From Squalus acanthias (taxonomy: Eukaryota), in assembly GCA_030390025.1 (NCBI GenBank), contig CM059433.1, forward strand, positions 26,600,001 to 26,664,000: 64,000 bases of DNA, given 5' to 3'. Positions 50,542 to 64,000 of the stretch are shown here, piece after piece. The notes beneath the pieces were generated by a model, which ran no database searches, was not told the origin of the DNA, and was given only the letters and a program-made list of their open reading frames with translations. Numbering within the stretch: position 1 is the stretch's first letter; each line of letters begins with the position of its first letter. Made by a program: the position numbers and the translations under genes.

Positions 50542-51716
50542 TTAGGAAAGTTACATTGTGGTTATTACAAAATGAGAAAAATTACTACATTTTCTTCCTG
50601 AAAAGTTCTTTAGCTCCTTTATATTTTACAAACCCTCTTTTATCTGGACCGAATCAATTAGAATTCTGCATCCTAAGTGTTATTTTTAAAGTGTGCCGTC
50701 ATATTTTAAATATGCTGAACATCTTTGGGGTAATTTTCAATGATCAGCATGAAATTGCTAGCATATTCTTAATTTTTTAGCACCAGTATAGTATTTTTAG
50801 CATTTTATAGTACTACAGTATAAAGTTTATAGCTGATTTTTGGCACTTTTTGGGAATTATATCAATGTACATAATATATGTGCCACGATACAGAAATAGA
50901 AGGTGAAGCCAATCTAGTGTTGGGATTATCTCCACTGAGTTTAGGATCAGTGCTTCTGCTTCCCTGGCTCGGATTAGCCTATCCAACCTCCTGAGCTTCC
51001 TATAGCCATTGTTTAGAGGGAGAGGGCCTACACCGTGAATAACCAAAGTAAACAAAATCTGCCAGTAACACTAATCCTCTGTTAACAGAATGACAGAAAT
51101 GCAAGCCTATGTATTTATATACTTAAAGGAAAAAGTAATTTTGAAGAATTTTTCTGGGTCTTAGAGTGTTGACTTTCCACCAATATTAACAAAATATTAC
51201 TACTTGTAAACCCTGGAAATCCACAGCTATTCTAGCAGACTCCGGCCATAACTTCAGGGGGATTCTGCTGGAATCTGGAATATATGGAAAGTAGGCCAGA
51301 GCCCAGTTATGCTGAGTCCTGGCCTAGGGCTGAGATTTTGGGGATGGTGTTTTGGGGTTGGGCTTTCTGGCCTTTTTGACAGATTGGGGTGGGGGGGTGG
51401 GGGCAGTACCTCAGATATGCCTCTAGCCATTGAAAGACAGTGAAATCAAGGGACCTTCTCTTGACCACGCAAACTTTGGTGGGGTCAGCAGCAGAGGTCC
51501 AGGGCAAAGAAGCCTCACTCAGTAAATCTTCAGTGCCAAATAAGTGAAGGGCAGCTTCACGATACAATAGCATGGAAAACTGAATGACCTTTGTGTAACG
51601 TCACTGATGTCATTGGCAGCATTGAGCGTGGATGTATGAAAAGTTATTTTAAAAGAATTAAGTGCCCTCACATAAACTGTACTGCAAAACTTTTGCAGTG
51701 GCCAATAACTTAAGAT

Positions 51717-51877
51717 GGCCTAGAAATTCGTCTCGGGCAGTGGTGCAAAGCGGGCGGTATCGGATTGGCCGCCCGTTATACACAGCGCCCAATGTTCAGT
51801 TCCATTGACTGCAATGGAACTGAAACCGATCTGATACTGCCCGTTTTACGCCACTGCCCGAAACTAATTTCTAGCCC
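51717..51877. mobile_element. Small palindromic Harbinger-type MITE
   Basis: GGCCTAGAAATT/AATTTCTAGCCC with long internal inverted arms. Confidence 0.75.
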
Positions 51878-52359
51878 ATTGAGTTTTCAGGCTGCTTCTG
51901 GCTGTTGTGGGTCCTAAGGGTAGAGCTTCGCGTCAGTGCAAAGTGGTTTTGGCTGCTTATCAACATGAAAAGCAGTGGTATAATTCGGTTGTCGTGTCCT
52001 AACCTGGCAGCAGTGTAATTCCAGGATGGTGAGAAGCTGCATTTCAAAAGTGCCCAGACTATTAGTTGGACCTACTGGGATCTAAGATGTTGAAGGGAAT
52101 GTGTTCAATACCCAGTAGAAAGAAGGCTCTTGGTCCTAATGTTAGAAGCTCCAATACTGGGAGAATGATGCTCTGACCATGCTGTTAGACAGTCTCACGT
52201 TACAGTGCATTATCACAACGGTCCGTCAAATGTGCATCACAGCACTGGATGTTCGTTAGGTCATTAAGTCTGCCCACAAACACCCCAAAAGAGTAACCCT
52301 TCAAAGTTGATTTCACGATTTAGAAGCGAAAGAGTAACGAATAGTTTGTAATGGTGCAC

Positions 52360-52557
52360 TAGGGTTGCAAACTCTGGTTAGATATATTCCTGGAGGTTTC
52401 ATCGCCCCGTCCAAAATGTTCAAAGAAATTTTTTTTAAAAACACGATTCTTTTAATGCTCCAATGAATTTTCTCCCGGGTTGCTCGCAGCAGTGTCCAGG
52501 AGATTCATCTTTAATTCCTGAAGACTCTAGGTCAATCCTGGCGGATTGACAACCCTA
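52360..52557. mobile_element. hAT-type MITE
   Basis: TIR TAGGGTTG/CAACCCTA; 8-bp TSD TGGTGCAC/TGGTTCAC with one mismatch. Confidence 0.75.
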
Positions 52558-54097
52558 TGGTTCACACATGTAAGAGGCAGAGGCCTGGACTGAAGTGCAG
52601 ATTGCATGACCAGTCTGCAGACTTAAACAGAAGTTATCCTCTATTGCTAGGCACGTAAATTGAACATGACTCCACTGAAAGCAAACGGGAAAACGTGGAG
52701 CTTTTAAAACACTACATAGTTGCAAGAGTGTATACAGTACACTTAGGCTGAGGAGGAACAGATTATGTCAAGCAGCCAGAGGGTCTAGGAACATGACCCT
52801 AAAAGTGTAAATTCCCTGCATGTAACATTTGCTAGATTAGGCAGTAGTGGCACTACAGTCCATAGATAGAAGAAATATTCCATGTTTAAAATGCTATCAT
52901 GTTTGCAAACATTAACAGTAAAGACTCTAATGTTTTTTGAGCCTCTGGTATTTGAACTATTTTCAAAAAACATCTGCCCTTAACAATGCCAGATACACGC
53001 AGCTCAGAGATATGGAAGAATGCCTGTTGACATACGAGAACCAGGTTTTGTAACAAGCACTCTGTACAAATCTTAATCATGAAAACCATTAAGTGGCAAT
53101 TTTCTGCCTGGCGTTATTGGTACTGACAGCAAGATTTGGGCAAGCGGTGACCGGGAAATTGGGGGGTGAGCCCTTCCGCCTGGTTCCTGCTGGAAACATG
53201 CCTCACGGTGACCTCCTTACATGCTCTACACCCACATTCTTTCCTGCCACTCATTCTGAGCCTGAGAGTAATATTTCCAGCATGCTAATGAAGGCCTTTA
53301 GCAGGCTCCTTCACATTTCAGATGTTTGGGCAAAGGTCCTACTGTCTGTCGTTATAAATAGATGTTAATGCTAAACTGGTCCCAATGGTAACGGGTCAGC
53401 GGAAATAATTTGAAATGTTTTTAACATTTGTTTTTATTAATCAGCTAATAGGGTATTAATGATTTTTGTTTAATTTTGCAAGTAATGTTTAATATATTTT
53501 TCCTGCATTTTCAAGATCAAACCATCTCTTTGCAAAATGAAAGGAGCAGCAGAATCATTTGGGGGAAATTTAACCCCCCAAGGATGGGCGGGAGAGGGGC
53601 GAGGGGATGGATTAAAAATTCAAAAATTGGAAACCCGACTCCAACCCGCCTATACCGCGCCCATTTCTGGTTTTAACAGAGGCGGGTTGGGGGTTGGGCA
53701 ACTAACCAGCTCTCTTAAATTAGGCAGGTCCCTAATTTAAATATTTTACTGAGGTTGCGTGACTCAAATTTAAGCTCTGTTTTAAATTTAACGCCTGCGG
53801 GCCGGGTTTCCCAGGGCTTGAGAAACGGCCGCTGCAGGGAGGTGAGAAGGGCTGGATCCAACAGGTAAGTGCTTTTCGAGCACTGGTTGTGGGCCAGGAG
53901 TGTTTCCTCCAGGCCCAACAAGCTAATCTGCAAACACCCCTGTGATCAGTCCGATCCCCGCTGCACTCTCCCCCGTGATCGCTACCCCCTCCCCGCAAAT
54001 ACACCCCCATGATTATCCACGGCCTGCCCTCGACAGTTCTCTCCGCCCCTCAGCGATGTCTCCGGCCCCCGCCCGATCCTGCCGCAGCCCACCCATA

Positions 54098-54814
54098 GGG
54101 CTGGATTTTGATACTGGGGCGGGTTGGGGTCGTGTTATCCACTTTTCGTGTTATCCACCCGACTGCAATTGGATGTAGGAGATTGATGCGATTTTCACCT
54201 AATTGGGCAATTGAGTTCCAGCATGTGGGAACCCATGGCCCAATTAGTGTTTTCAGTGTAAAAGTCGCCTCTGATGATGTCATCATTGCTGCTGCATTGA
54301 AGGTCTGCAAAGACTGCCTGGCCTTTGCTGTGAGAGGACCTGAAGGCAAAATGAGCAGCAGCAGCCCTAAGTCTGCTCCCAGATATTTTTGTACCACCAC
54401 CACCACCACTCCCAGATATTTCTTCTTCTTCTCCTCCTCCTCCTCCTCCTCCTCCTACTACTACTACTACTAGATGTAATAGTGGACCTGCAGCTGATAG
54501 TCAGCTATCGAAATGTGTTACCACCAGGTTTCACATTCGTAGTTCAGAACAGGCGTGCTTCACATAGAAAAAGGGTTAAAATCACAAAGGCCTTTCAAAA
54601 TGGCATTATAGAGGCAATTTAGTGCTTGTTAAGGGCCTTAACAGCCTATCCCGCCTCTTAGAGGCGGGACGAAGTCAGGACCAGCAGACACGATTTAATG
54701 AAAATTGCGTGGAGACGGGATGGAGACGGGCTTGTGCCCGCCTGCCAGTTTTCGCAATTTTAACCCCCCACACGCCTCCAAACCCACCTCCACGGGTCAA
54801 TGAAAATTCTGCCC
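54098..54814. mobile_element. Harbinger-derived MITE (family C), with internal (cac)(ttc)(ctc)(cta) microsatellites
   Basis: Close copy of 3222-3889 with the same TIR. Confidence 0.88.
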
Positions 54815-54819
54815 GAAGG

Positions 54820-55570
54820 ATCTCTCTGTCCCCCCCGATCTCTCTGCCCCTGAACTCTCCGGCCCTGATGGATCTCTCTGACCTCCAACCGATCTCTCTG
54901 GCTGCCCCGATCTCTCCGCCCCCCACCTGATCTCTCAGGCCCCAATCGCTCTCTCTGGCCCCCCGATCTCTCAGGCACCAATTGCTCTCTCTGGCCCCCC
55001 GATCTCTCATGCCCCAATCACTCTCTCAGGCCCCCCGATCTCTCAGGCCCCAATCGCTCTCTCAGGCCCCCCGATCTCTCAGGCCCCAATCGCTCTCTCT
55101 GGCCCCCCGATCTCTCAGGCCCCAATCGCTCTCTCAGGCCCCAATCGCTCTCTCAGGCCCCAATCACTCTCTCAGGCCCCCCGATCTCTCAGGCCCCAAT
55201 CGCTCTCTCAGGCCCCCCGATCTCTCAGGCCCCAATCGCTCTCTCTGGCCCCCCGATCTCTCAGGCCCCAATCGCTCTCTCAGGCCCCAATCGCTCTCTC
55301 AGGCCCCCTGATCTCTCAGGCCCCAATCGCTCTTTCAGGCCCCCCGATCTCTCAGGCCCCAATCGCTCTCTCTGGGCCCCCGATCTCTCAGGCCCCAATC
55401 ACTCTCTCAGGCCCCCCGATCTCTCAGGCCCCAATCGCTCTCTCAGGCCCCCCGATCTCTCAGGCCCCAATCGCTCTCTCAGGCCCCCCGATCTCTCAGG
55501 CCCCAATCACTCTCTCAGGCCCCAATCGCTTTCTCAGGCTCCAATCGCTCTCTCAGGCCTCCCGATCTCT
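54820..55570. repeat. Two-unit minisatellite (ccgatctctcaggcccc / aatcgctctctcaggcccc)
   Basis: Directly visible tandem array of 17- and 19-bp units. Confidence 0.93.
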
Positions 55571-55993
55571 CCAGCTTCCCCCCCACGGATTCTCCAGCCC
55601 TTGACCAATCTCTCCACCCACACCGCCCCCCCCCCCCCCCCCCCCCCGATCTCTCCACGGCTCACCCCGTCTGGTCTTTATCAGTAGTCTTTATGAAGGA
55701 AGTAAAATTTACATCTATATGCGTTCCCTCTAACGTCTGCTGTCGTACAATTTCCTGCCCTTTCCTCGCCTTTCTCTGTCCAGTAAAATCCCAGCATCGA
55801 GCCCAATATCTGAATATATTAAATCAATCGACCACAGGTCAATCCTATGAAGTCAGCATTGGGCCAAAGTGATGAGTGTAGCTTCTATTGCACTCAGTCC
55901 TGCCAACTCAGTGCAAGGGACCAGAAGATTTCTCCTGTAAAAATCTCTGAAACATTTACAAAAAATAGATGACAAAAAAATACTGTTAAGTAC

Positions 55994-56070
55994 CTGCCAC
56001 CCTAAGTCCCGAAAACTCACGTACAGTTCATGCTTCTTGCAGGCTTGTTTCTGCTCACTGGTATTGTAAT
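55994..56070 (-). CDS. bmp5: BMP5 third-to-last coding exon (77 bp)
   Basis: Minus strand: cacttaacAG|(D)[25 protein letters not shown]|GTactt. This matches the start of the mature BMP5 cysteine domain and joins the next exon in phase 0. Confidence 0.96.
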
Positions 56071-56471
56071 CTGTTAAGTGAAATACAGATGTTAGCTAGC
56101 AGTCTAATCAAACACGTACACAGTGTTGGCAGCATTCACAATTCACCTGTGCGTCTTATGGTTTGCAGATTTTAAATGCTTACACCTTATGGGGGGAAAT
56201 TTAAACATGTAGGCTCTAAAAATCCACGGGGTTCGACCGGTCTCCCACCATAACTCCAGCAGGAGGCTGGCAGTTCCCCCAAAAAAACAGCCGTTTACAC
56301 TGTTACCCTCGGAGTTACGCCAGTCTCATAAGAGCATAAGAATTAGGAGCAGGAGTAGACCATACGGTCCCTTGGGCCTGCTTCGCCATTCAATAAGTTC
56401 AGGGCTAATCTTCAACCTCAACTCCACTTTCCCGTCCAATCCCCATCTCCCTTGATTCCACCAGAGTCCAA

Positions 56472-57364
56472 GGGGTAAAAATTCAGTTGGTTGCGCCTCC
56501 CGTTAGCGCCTTAAGAGGGCGCTAATGGGGCGCAAAGCCGCTAACGCCCGGGCGCAGCGATGTTTGCGCCGCTCGGGAACTTAACTAGAGATTGTGCGGC
56601 GGCGCTAAAACTTACCGCTGCGACCACCTGCGCGCGCAGATTGTGACGTCATTCCATGGTGCAACGCCCTTGTGGCGCCCCGGAGCGGAAATTGAGTGGC
56701 GCCCCCTGCCTTACCACCTGGCGCATCCAACGACCAGAAGACTGGAACGCTATCAATCGCTGTGGGGCTGGGGGGGGCGCTATTTAAAGGGAGCCTCTTC
56801 CTGTCTTTTATTGTTGGTGGCATTTTTGAACTACGCATTCTGAGAGAGAGAGGGAGAGACTTCTGGAGAGATTCAACGTTGTGTGAAGGAGTTTTGGGTA
56901 CTGAGCAGCACTTTGCAGGTTCATTTTGATTTGCCATTCCTTGTATCGATTTAGCAGAGACTGTGGGAGCTGCACTCTGAGCTCTTTGCCTGGTACTCTC
57001 CATTGTTCTTTCCAGCACATTTGATGTGCAAGTCTCTCCAGGCCGAGATTCAAGGCTGCAATGAACAGGATGTGGATGGAAAGCAAGATTAACCATCCCC
57101 TTTAAGAACTGGCCCGTGCCATTGTGTGTGTGTTCCATTGCTGACTGACATTACATGAGCTTCGCCAGCGCTCTGAGTTAGCGCCTCACTCCTTGGCCTT
57201 TGCGCCTTAAGACAGGTGTGCAGCGCCTGATTTAGCGCTCCACTCACCTCCCGGGGCGGTAAAAGTGAAGTTTCCAGTCAGTGCCGATAATTAGCGCCAG
57301 GCGCTAATATTTGCGTCCAGACGATATTTGCACCCCAAATGGGGCGCGACCTAATTTTCCCCCC
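56472..57364. mobile_element. Harbinger MITE (family B)
   Basis: Reverse-oriented copy of 43446-44340; TSD CAA (or AAG if shifted by 1 bp). Confidence 0.9.
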
Positions 57365-57985
57365 CAAGAATCTGTCTATCTCAGCCTTAAATATACCAAT
57401 GACTCAGCGTTCACAGCCCTCTGGGGCAGAGAATTCCAAAGATTCACAACACTCTGAGTGAAGAAATACCTCCTCATTTCATCTCAACGCCAGGACCCCT
57501 TATCCTGAGACTATGACCCCTAGTTCTGGACTCTCCAGCCAGGGGAAACAACCTCTCAGCATCTACCCTGTCAATCCCCCTCACAATCTTATATGTTTCA
57601 ATGAGATCATCTCTCATTCTTCTAAACCCCAGAGAGTATAGGCCCAATCTATTCAATCTCTCCTCATAGGACAACCCTCTCATCCCAGGGATCAATCTAG
57701 TGAACCTTCATTGCACCACCTCTAAGGCAAGTATGTCCTTCCTCAGATAAGGAGATCAAAACTGTGCACTTACTCCAGGTGTGGTTTCACCAAAGCCCTG
57801 TACAATTGTAGTAAGTCTTCCTTACTCTTGTACTCCAAACCCTCTTGCAATAAAGGCCAACATGCCACCTGCCTTCCTAATTACTTGCTGTACCTGAATG
57901 CTAATTTTCTGTGTTTCCTGTACGAGGACACCTAAATCTCTCTGAACACCAACATTTAATAGTTTCTCACCATTTAAAAAATATT

Positions 57986-58866
57986 GGGAGGAAAATTCGG
58001 TTGGTTTGCGCCTCCCGTTAGCGCCCTCTTGGTGTGCAAAGCAATTAGCGCCCGGGCGCGGCGATGTTTGCGCCGCTCGCGAAATTGACCAGACATTTTG
58101 CGGCGGCGCTAAACACTACCGCCACGATCTCCTGTGCCCACAGATCGTGATGTCAGTCGAGCGTGCAACGCCCCGGTAGCGCCCCGGACCGGATATTGAG
58201 TGGCGCCCCCTGCCTTACCGTCTGCCGCTAGCAACGACAGGTTGAGGGGAGCGTTTTGCAGTCAGGAAGGGACTGGGGGAGCACTATTTAAAGGCGACCA
58301 CTTCTTGCCTTTTTTTGTCGGTGACATTTTTGCACCACGCATTCTGAGAGAGAGAGAGAGACTTCTGGAGAGATACAACACTGTGTGAAGGAGTTTTGGG
58401 TACTGAGCAGCACTTTGCAGGTTCATTTTGATTTGACCTTCCTTGCATCGATTTAGAAGAGACTAAGGGGGCTGCACTCTGAGCTCTTTCCCTGGTCCTC
58501 TCCATTGTTCTTTCCAGCAGGTTTGATATACAGGTCTCTCCAGGCCGAGATTCAAGGCTGCAATGAGCAGGGTGTGGATGGAGAGCAAGATCGACCCTCC
58601 CCTTTAAGAACTGGCCGGTGCCAGTGTGTCTGTGTTCCATTGCTGACTGACATCACATGAGCTTCGTTAGCGCTCTGAGGTAGCGCCTCGCTCCTCGGCG
58701 TTAGCGCCTTAAGACAGGTGTGTAGCGCCTGATTTAGTGCTCCAATCACCGCCAGGGGCGATAGAAGCCAAGTTTGCAGTCGGAGGCGATAAGTAGCGCC
58801 AGGCGCTAAACTTTGCGCCCGGCCAATAATTGCGCCCCAAACGGGGCGATACCAAATTTCTCCCTC
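57986..58866. mobile_element. Harbinger MITE (family B)
   Basis: Ends GGGAGGAAAATT/AAATTTCTCCCTC and TSD ATT. Confidence 0.88.
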
Positions 58867-59569
58867 ATTCTGTTTTTCTATTCTTCCTACCAAAGTGAAT
58901 AACCTCACATTTCCCTACATTATACTCCATCTGCCACCTTATTGCCCACTCACATAACCTATATCCCTTTGCAGGCTCTTTGTGTCCTCTCACAGCTTAC
59001 TTTCCCACCTAGCTTTGTATCGTCAGCAAACTGGATACATTGCACTCAGTCCCTTCATCTAAGTCATTTATAAAGATTGTAAATAGCTGAGGCCCAAGCA
59101 CAAACCCCCTGCCAAGCTCAGGTCACCACATACAGCTACCTCCTCTATAAAGTTTACATAGTGTCAGTATCTGAGCTGGTGCTTGTGGGCATCAGACACA
59201 GTGACAGTGCATCTTCAGGATCACTATGCTCCTCTTCCTCCACTGGCTGAGGGACATCGACATTCTAGGCATCTGAACTGAAAGAAAGGTTAAGCTTGTG
59301 GTATAAGGGAGAGCGAGAGATGTTGAAAGGATCTGCAACTTGTCATGCAGAGTATGTGGGGTGAGGGAGAAGTGAGGAGACAAAGAGGATCGGGTATAAA
59401 GAAACCCGCACGGTGTCTCCTCCAGCGTCGCCAGTGGCCACGACCTCCATCAAGCCTGCCCCACACTTATGAAAGCTGGAGCATTAGAACTAGACACTTC
59501 CTATCCCACCAGGAGATCACATGGACCAAGCATAAAAACACGTCCATATGATGCAATCTCTGCCCCAGT

Positions 59570-60960
59570 AAGGAATCAGTCCAGCTCCCTGTTGAAGGTT
59601 TGCAGAGAGTCAGCACCCACCACACCAGCTGCCAACACATTCCAGAGGCTCACTACTCTCTGGGAAAAGAAGAACCACCCAACATCCAGTCTATTCCTAC
59701 TCTTAGAGTTTAAACTCATGTCCCCTGGTCCTCCCCAATCTGTCAAACTGGAATAATCTATCAATAGGGACACTATCCAGCCCTTCAATTATTTTATAAG
59801 CCTCTATCAGGTCGCCCCTAAGTCTATAGTGCTCTAAAGTAAATCGGCAACGGTCCTTATGGTCTATCTGAATAGCTGAGGTTCTTTAAGCTAGGAATCA
59901 TTCTTGCAGCTCCCCTCTGGATCTTTACCAAGGCCACTATAATCACCCACCATGTGGGGGGACCTAAACTGGGCAAAGGACTCTAGATGTGGTCTGACCA
60001 GCGACCTATATAGTGTCAAAATGGTGTTTTTGATTTATACTGAATGGTTCTATTCATACAACCCAACACCCTGTTAGCTTTAGCTACAGTTTCTCTACTT
60101 TGGTCATGAACCTTTAGTGATCTGTGCACAATAACACCTAGATCTTTTTCTCTGTCAATCTCTTTAGTTTAGTTCCCTGCTAATGATAACTGTAGTTTGT
60201 GTTGGCCCTATCAACAAGCCTGACACTACAATTAGCTAAGTTAAATGCCATTTGCCAATGTGTGGCCCACTCCCTTAGCACATCTAAATAGTTTTGCATT
60301 TGATTGCATTCCTCTACTGTCTTAACCCTTGCACAGATTTTGGTGTCATCTGCAAACGTACTGACCATAGTCCCAACACCACTATCCAGGTCATTAATAA
60401 AGAACGATCCCTGGTGGACACCACTAGTAATGTGCCTCCAGGCTGAACCATATCCATCAACTACAACACTTTAGCTGTGGGATTGGAGTCAATTCCTAAT
60501 CCAGCGTAACAAATTCCTACTGATACCACAAAATTCTATCTTGTGAAGTAATTAAGTGTGAAGTACTTTATCAAAGACTTTCTGAAAGTCCAGGTAGACA
60601 GTGTCTACCAGATTTCCCTCATCCAAGCGACATCCTCAAAAAACTCTTCTCAAATATGTATGGCACCAGAAGCTGTGTTGTTTATTTCTAATGGCCCCTT
60701 CCATTTTCCAGTGATCATAAAGGGCATCGCTTAGGATCCCTTCTAGCACCTTCCCAATAATGGATTTCAGGCTGATAGGTCTGTAGTTCCTGGCTCTGAT
60801 CATTTCCCCTATTTTTGAAAATAGGAACTACATGAGCTAGCTTCCAGTCTGTAAGAACTATCTATCGAACGACTGAAGATATGGCCAAGGGGTTTACAGA
60901 GCACCAGTCCCATCTCTTTAATCACCCTTGGATGGATATAATCCAGGCCTGGAACCCTAT
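59570..60960 (-). mobile_element. Degenerate CR1 ORF2 fragment
   Basis: VSTFADDTKI and FFSQRVVSLWN; same subfamily as 4771-7260. Confidence 0.85.
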
Positions 60961-61336
60961 CAATTTTGAGCTTTCTGAATCTATCCTAGATGATATTACT
61001 ATTTATTTTAATATTGATAATGCTATTCAATACAGTAGAAGAGGGTTACCGATCCCTCATAGTTGGAGGCCTGGAGTACAAAGCTGCTCTTGTTTTGAAA
61101 TACTTTTGTGGATTACGGTTTAAAAAATACAATTCAAAAATGGGAAGTCAGCAGTGGTTATAACTAAAAGAAAGGAGAAGGTAAACTAATCAAACTACTC
61201 TGAAAATGTTGTGAAATTCAATCACCATGTTGGGTTTTTCCCAGCTGAAAATTTATTGATAAAAACAGTATTTATAAGATAAGAAACCCATAAGCCATGA
61301 ACACGTTGGCTTAAAATACTTATTCTTACACATAAG

Positions 61337-62486
61337 AACAGATTTTAACTCCCGGAAGGAAGCTGGAGGATGCGGACGGCAATTCCGCCCGAGAGTTGGA
61401 GTCGGAGGCCCCGCAGATTTTTTCTGCCAGGCCCTTTTTGAATGCCACGAGTCAGCTGCTCACCCGAAAGTGGCAGCTGGCCAGTAGGTGGGCAATGAAG
61501 ATCAGGTGGTGCAGATGCCACCCGCCGACACCAATAAATTACTGTCGGCAGCAAGAGTCTTGTGGCTGGGTAGAGCAGGGGGGAGCCCGAGGCAGCAGAA
61601 GCTCAGACTTTCCGTTGCTACCTCTAGACTCAACTTTTCCAATGCTCTCTTTTCCGGCCTCCCACCTTGCACCCTCGGTAAACTTGAGCTAATCCAAACC
61701 TCTGCTGCCCATATCCTAACCGAGTCCCATTCACCCATCACCCCTGTGCTCACTGACCTACATTGGCTCCCGTTCCAGCAACACCTTGATTTTAAAATTT
61801 TCATACTTGTTTTCAAATCCCTCCATGGCCTCACCCCTCCCTGTCTCTGTAACCTCCTCCAGCCCTACTAATTTCCGAAATCTCTGCGCTCCTCCAATTC
61901 TGGCCTCTTGCGCATCCCCAATTTTCTCTGCACCACCATTGACGCCCATGGCTTCAGCTGTCTAGGCCCTAAGCTCTGGAATTCCATCCCTAAACCTCTC
62001 CGCCTCTCTACCTCTCTCTCCTCCTTTAAGACGCTCCTTAAAACCTACCTCTTTGACCAAGGTTTCAGTCATCTCTCCTAATATCTCATAAGGCTTGGTG
62101 GCAGAAATGTGTTTGATAATCGCTGCCTTGGGACGTTTTACTATGTTAAAGGCACTATATAAATGCATGTTGGTGCTGTTGTTGCTCCGTCTACTCCTGG
62201 CTCCACTAAGGAAACATTTTTCACTTACCTTCAGTGGCCTCACTGGCTTCCTGACTTTACTTGGCAGAGCGGCCAAAGTGGGAGTGGGTTAAAATGCCAT
62301 GTAAAATTACATACATGGGACCCGGATTTTCATTTATTAATGAGGCTCTCGCTCGATGCTGGCATGAGTCTCATCTTCTGCCATTAAAATAGGGACGTCA
62401 GAGGCAACGGATCTGGAAATGGAGCCACTCTTTTTAACTGTTGCCCTGCTCCATTCTCACCAATTGGAAAGAGTTAAAATCCCCCC
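61337..62486. mobile_element. MITE with a nested L2 3' fragment (~61610-62190, plus)
   Basis: Ends GATTTTAACT/AGTTAAAATCCCC; HSPITPVLTDLHWLP L2 motif. Confidence 0.65.
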
Positions 62487-62692
62487 TATAGTGTGTACTG
62501 TACAGTGTTGTAAGTCTCTAGAAATTGTTTTCCTGCAGTAGATTGGAGCTCAATTTGGAGTACTTGGCTGCTTTGTTTGAGTTATTAGGTGACCAATGCT
62601 GACCATTTATTCCGCAAATGCTTTGGTTTCTTTTGATTGGCTGCTGTAGATGTCAATTCCAACAAGTTCCTCTCCTGTTCATTTTGACTCCA

Positions 62693-62799
62693 AGGGTGAA
62701 ATTCAACTTCGGCAATAGCGCAAATCGGGCGGGGTGCAAAACAGGCTGCTGACTTACTGTCGCCCATTTTGCACTATCACCTGAGTTGAATTTCACCCC
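62693..62799. mobile_element. Small palindromic MITE
   Basis: GGGTGAAATTCAACT/AGTTGAATTTCACCC. Confidence 0.7.
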
Positions 62800-62814
62800 C
62801 CAAGAGTGTAGTTC

Positions 62815-63290
62815 ATTGAATCATAGAATCATAGAAATTTACAGCACAGAAGGAGGCCATTCGTGCCTGTGCTGGCTCTTTGAAAGAGCAGTTGTGCCCA
62901 TAAACCTGTAAATACTTCATCCTCAAGTACCTGTCCAACTCCCTTTTAAAATTATTCATGGAATCAGCTTCCACCACCTTTTCAGGTAGAGCGTTCCAGA
63001 TCCTGACAACTCTCTGAGTGAAAAGATTTCTCCTCATCTCCACTCTAGATCTTTTGTCAATGATTTTGAATCTATGACCTCTGGTTATTGACTCACTTGC
63101 CAGGGGGAATAGTTTTTCTCTATCTACTCTATCAAAACCTCTCATCATCTTGAAAACCTCTATGAGGTCACCTCTTAACCTTCACTGTTCTAAGGCGAAC
63201 AGTCCTAACTTTTCCAACCTCTCCTCATAGCTGAAGACTTTCATCCTTGGTGACATCTTGGTAAACCTCCTCTGTAGCCTTTCTAAGAAT
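62815..63290 (-). mobile_element. CR1 3' end
   Basis: RGFDRVDREKLFPL..LFTQRVVRIWNALP and a (gattctat)n tail. Confidence 0.85.
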
Positions 63291-63293
63291 TTA

Positions 63294-64000
63294 GGGGGGG
63301 AAAATTCATCCCCTTAGCGCCTCCCGGTAGCACCAGTAGATGGCGCTAATGGGGCGCTAGACCAGTATCGCCGGGGCGAGGCGAATCCAGCGCCGCACAC
63401 CAAATCCAGCCTCCCCCATAGCGTCGCCGGTAAGAGGTAGCGCCAGGAACGTCAACGCCAGGTAGATCGTGACGTCAGTGAGTGTGCAATGCTCACTGAC
63501 CGCCCGATTTGCAAAATTGATTCTCGCGACTTACCTCACCGCCTGGAGTAAACACCGACAGGGAGAGCTGGTGTGCAGCACCAGGAAGCCAGCTCCAGGA
63601 ATGTTATTTAAAGGGATCATGAGTAATCACTCGTAGCTGTCAGGTTAGTGCAGTTTCAGTGGTTTTTTGTTAGTTTCACCCACTGCAAGTTTCATTCAGT
63701 AATTTCAAGGTTCTTTTGTATCCGGAGTCTTCTGGCAACTAAAACATAGCTACATTTATTCTTCAAAGATTCAAACTGCTACACTTGGTAACATTAGTGG
63801 GGGCTGTACTGGCGCCACCTCGCCCTCCAGGATCGACAGCGGAAGGAGCATAGGCAGCGAGAAATACGGGAACATGTGTGCAGAGGGAGGAGGAGAACCA
63901 TCAGGGCTCTCAACAGGAGGCCTGACCATTCGAGGGTATTCCGAGAGCACTTCTCCTACCTTCAATTAAGCCAGGGAGCAGTGTATTAGAAGGCTTCACT
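63294..64000 (+). mobile_element. Transposase-side end of another Harbinger, running off the window
   Basis: Aligns with the reverse complement of the 26808 end and with the transposase start at ~25200-25400. Confidence 0.85.

Larger units (their letters stand above)
53561..55790. mobile_element. Harbinger-type non-autonomous element hosting a family C MITE and a minisatellite
   Basis: Left end GGGGGAAATTTAAC and GC-rich ccgatc-repeat interior; right boundary uncertain. Confidence 0.5.
56333..59100 (-). mobile_element. CR1 3' region containing two family B MITEs
   Basis: CR1 tail near 56335; YEERLNRLGLYSL; FADD region near 59025. Confidence 0.85.

Noticed and set aside
54389..54622. Poly-His/poly-Leu ORF
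   Set aside because: Translation of a compound trinucleotide microsatellite in a MITE.
54820..55570. Regular repeat array resembling a CRISPR or repeat-protein ORF
   Set aside because: No unique spacers, eukaryotic context; a simple minisatellite.
56071..64000. Next upstream bmp5 exon (prodomain end and RXXR cleavage site)
   Set aside because: No QPFMVAFF-like coding sequence was found; it probably lies beyond the window.

Overview
Vertebrate genomic DNA, most likely a cartilaginous fish (shark), judged from the CR1, DeuSINE, Penelope and GC-rich Harbinger repeats. The only host gene I can support is the 3' end of bmp5 on the minus strand. Its three coding exons (55994-56070, 50416-50526, 49175-49324) are absent from the ORF track but splice with GT-AG boundaries into the complete seven-cysteine BMP5 domain. 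The ~49 kb downstream of bmp5 and its introns are dominated by transposons: many CR1 fragments (one young copy with an intact 978-aa ORF2), L2 fragments, a second apparently ORF1-less LINE family with a tRNA-like head, four decayed PIF/Harbinger elements with many derived MITEs, DeuSINEs, Penelope-type repeats (one with a full hammerhead core), a hAT MITE and a 1.7-kb solo-LTR-like insertion. I found no convincing wholly new multi-gene system. The best leads are the long solo LTR, the hammerhead hairpin, covarying MITE hairpins, a locally captured inverted SINE fragment and candidate bmp5 3' enhancers. Repeat boundaries without a stated TSD/TIR are approximate, and family names come from motif recognition, not database searches.
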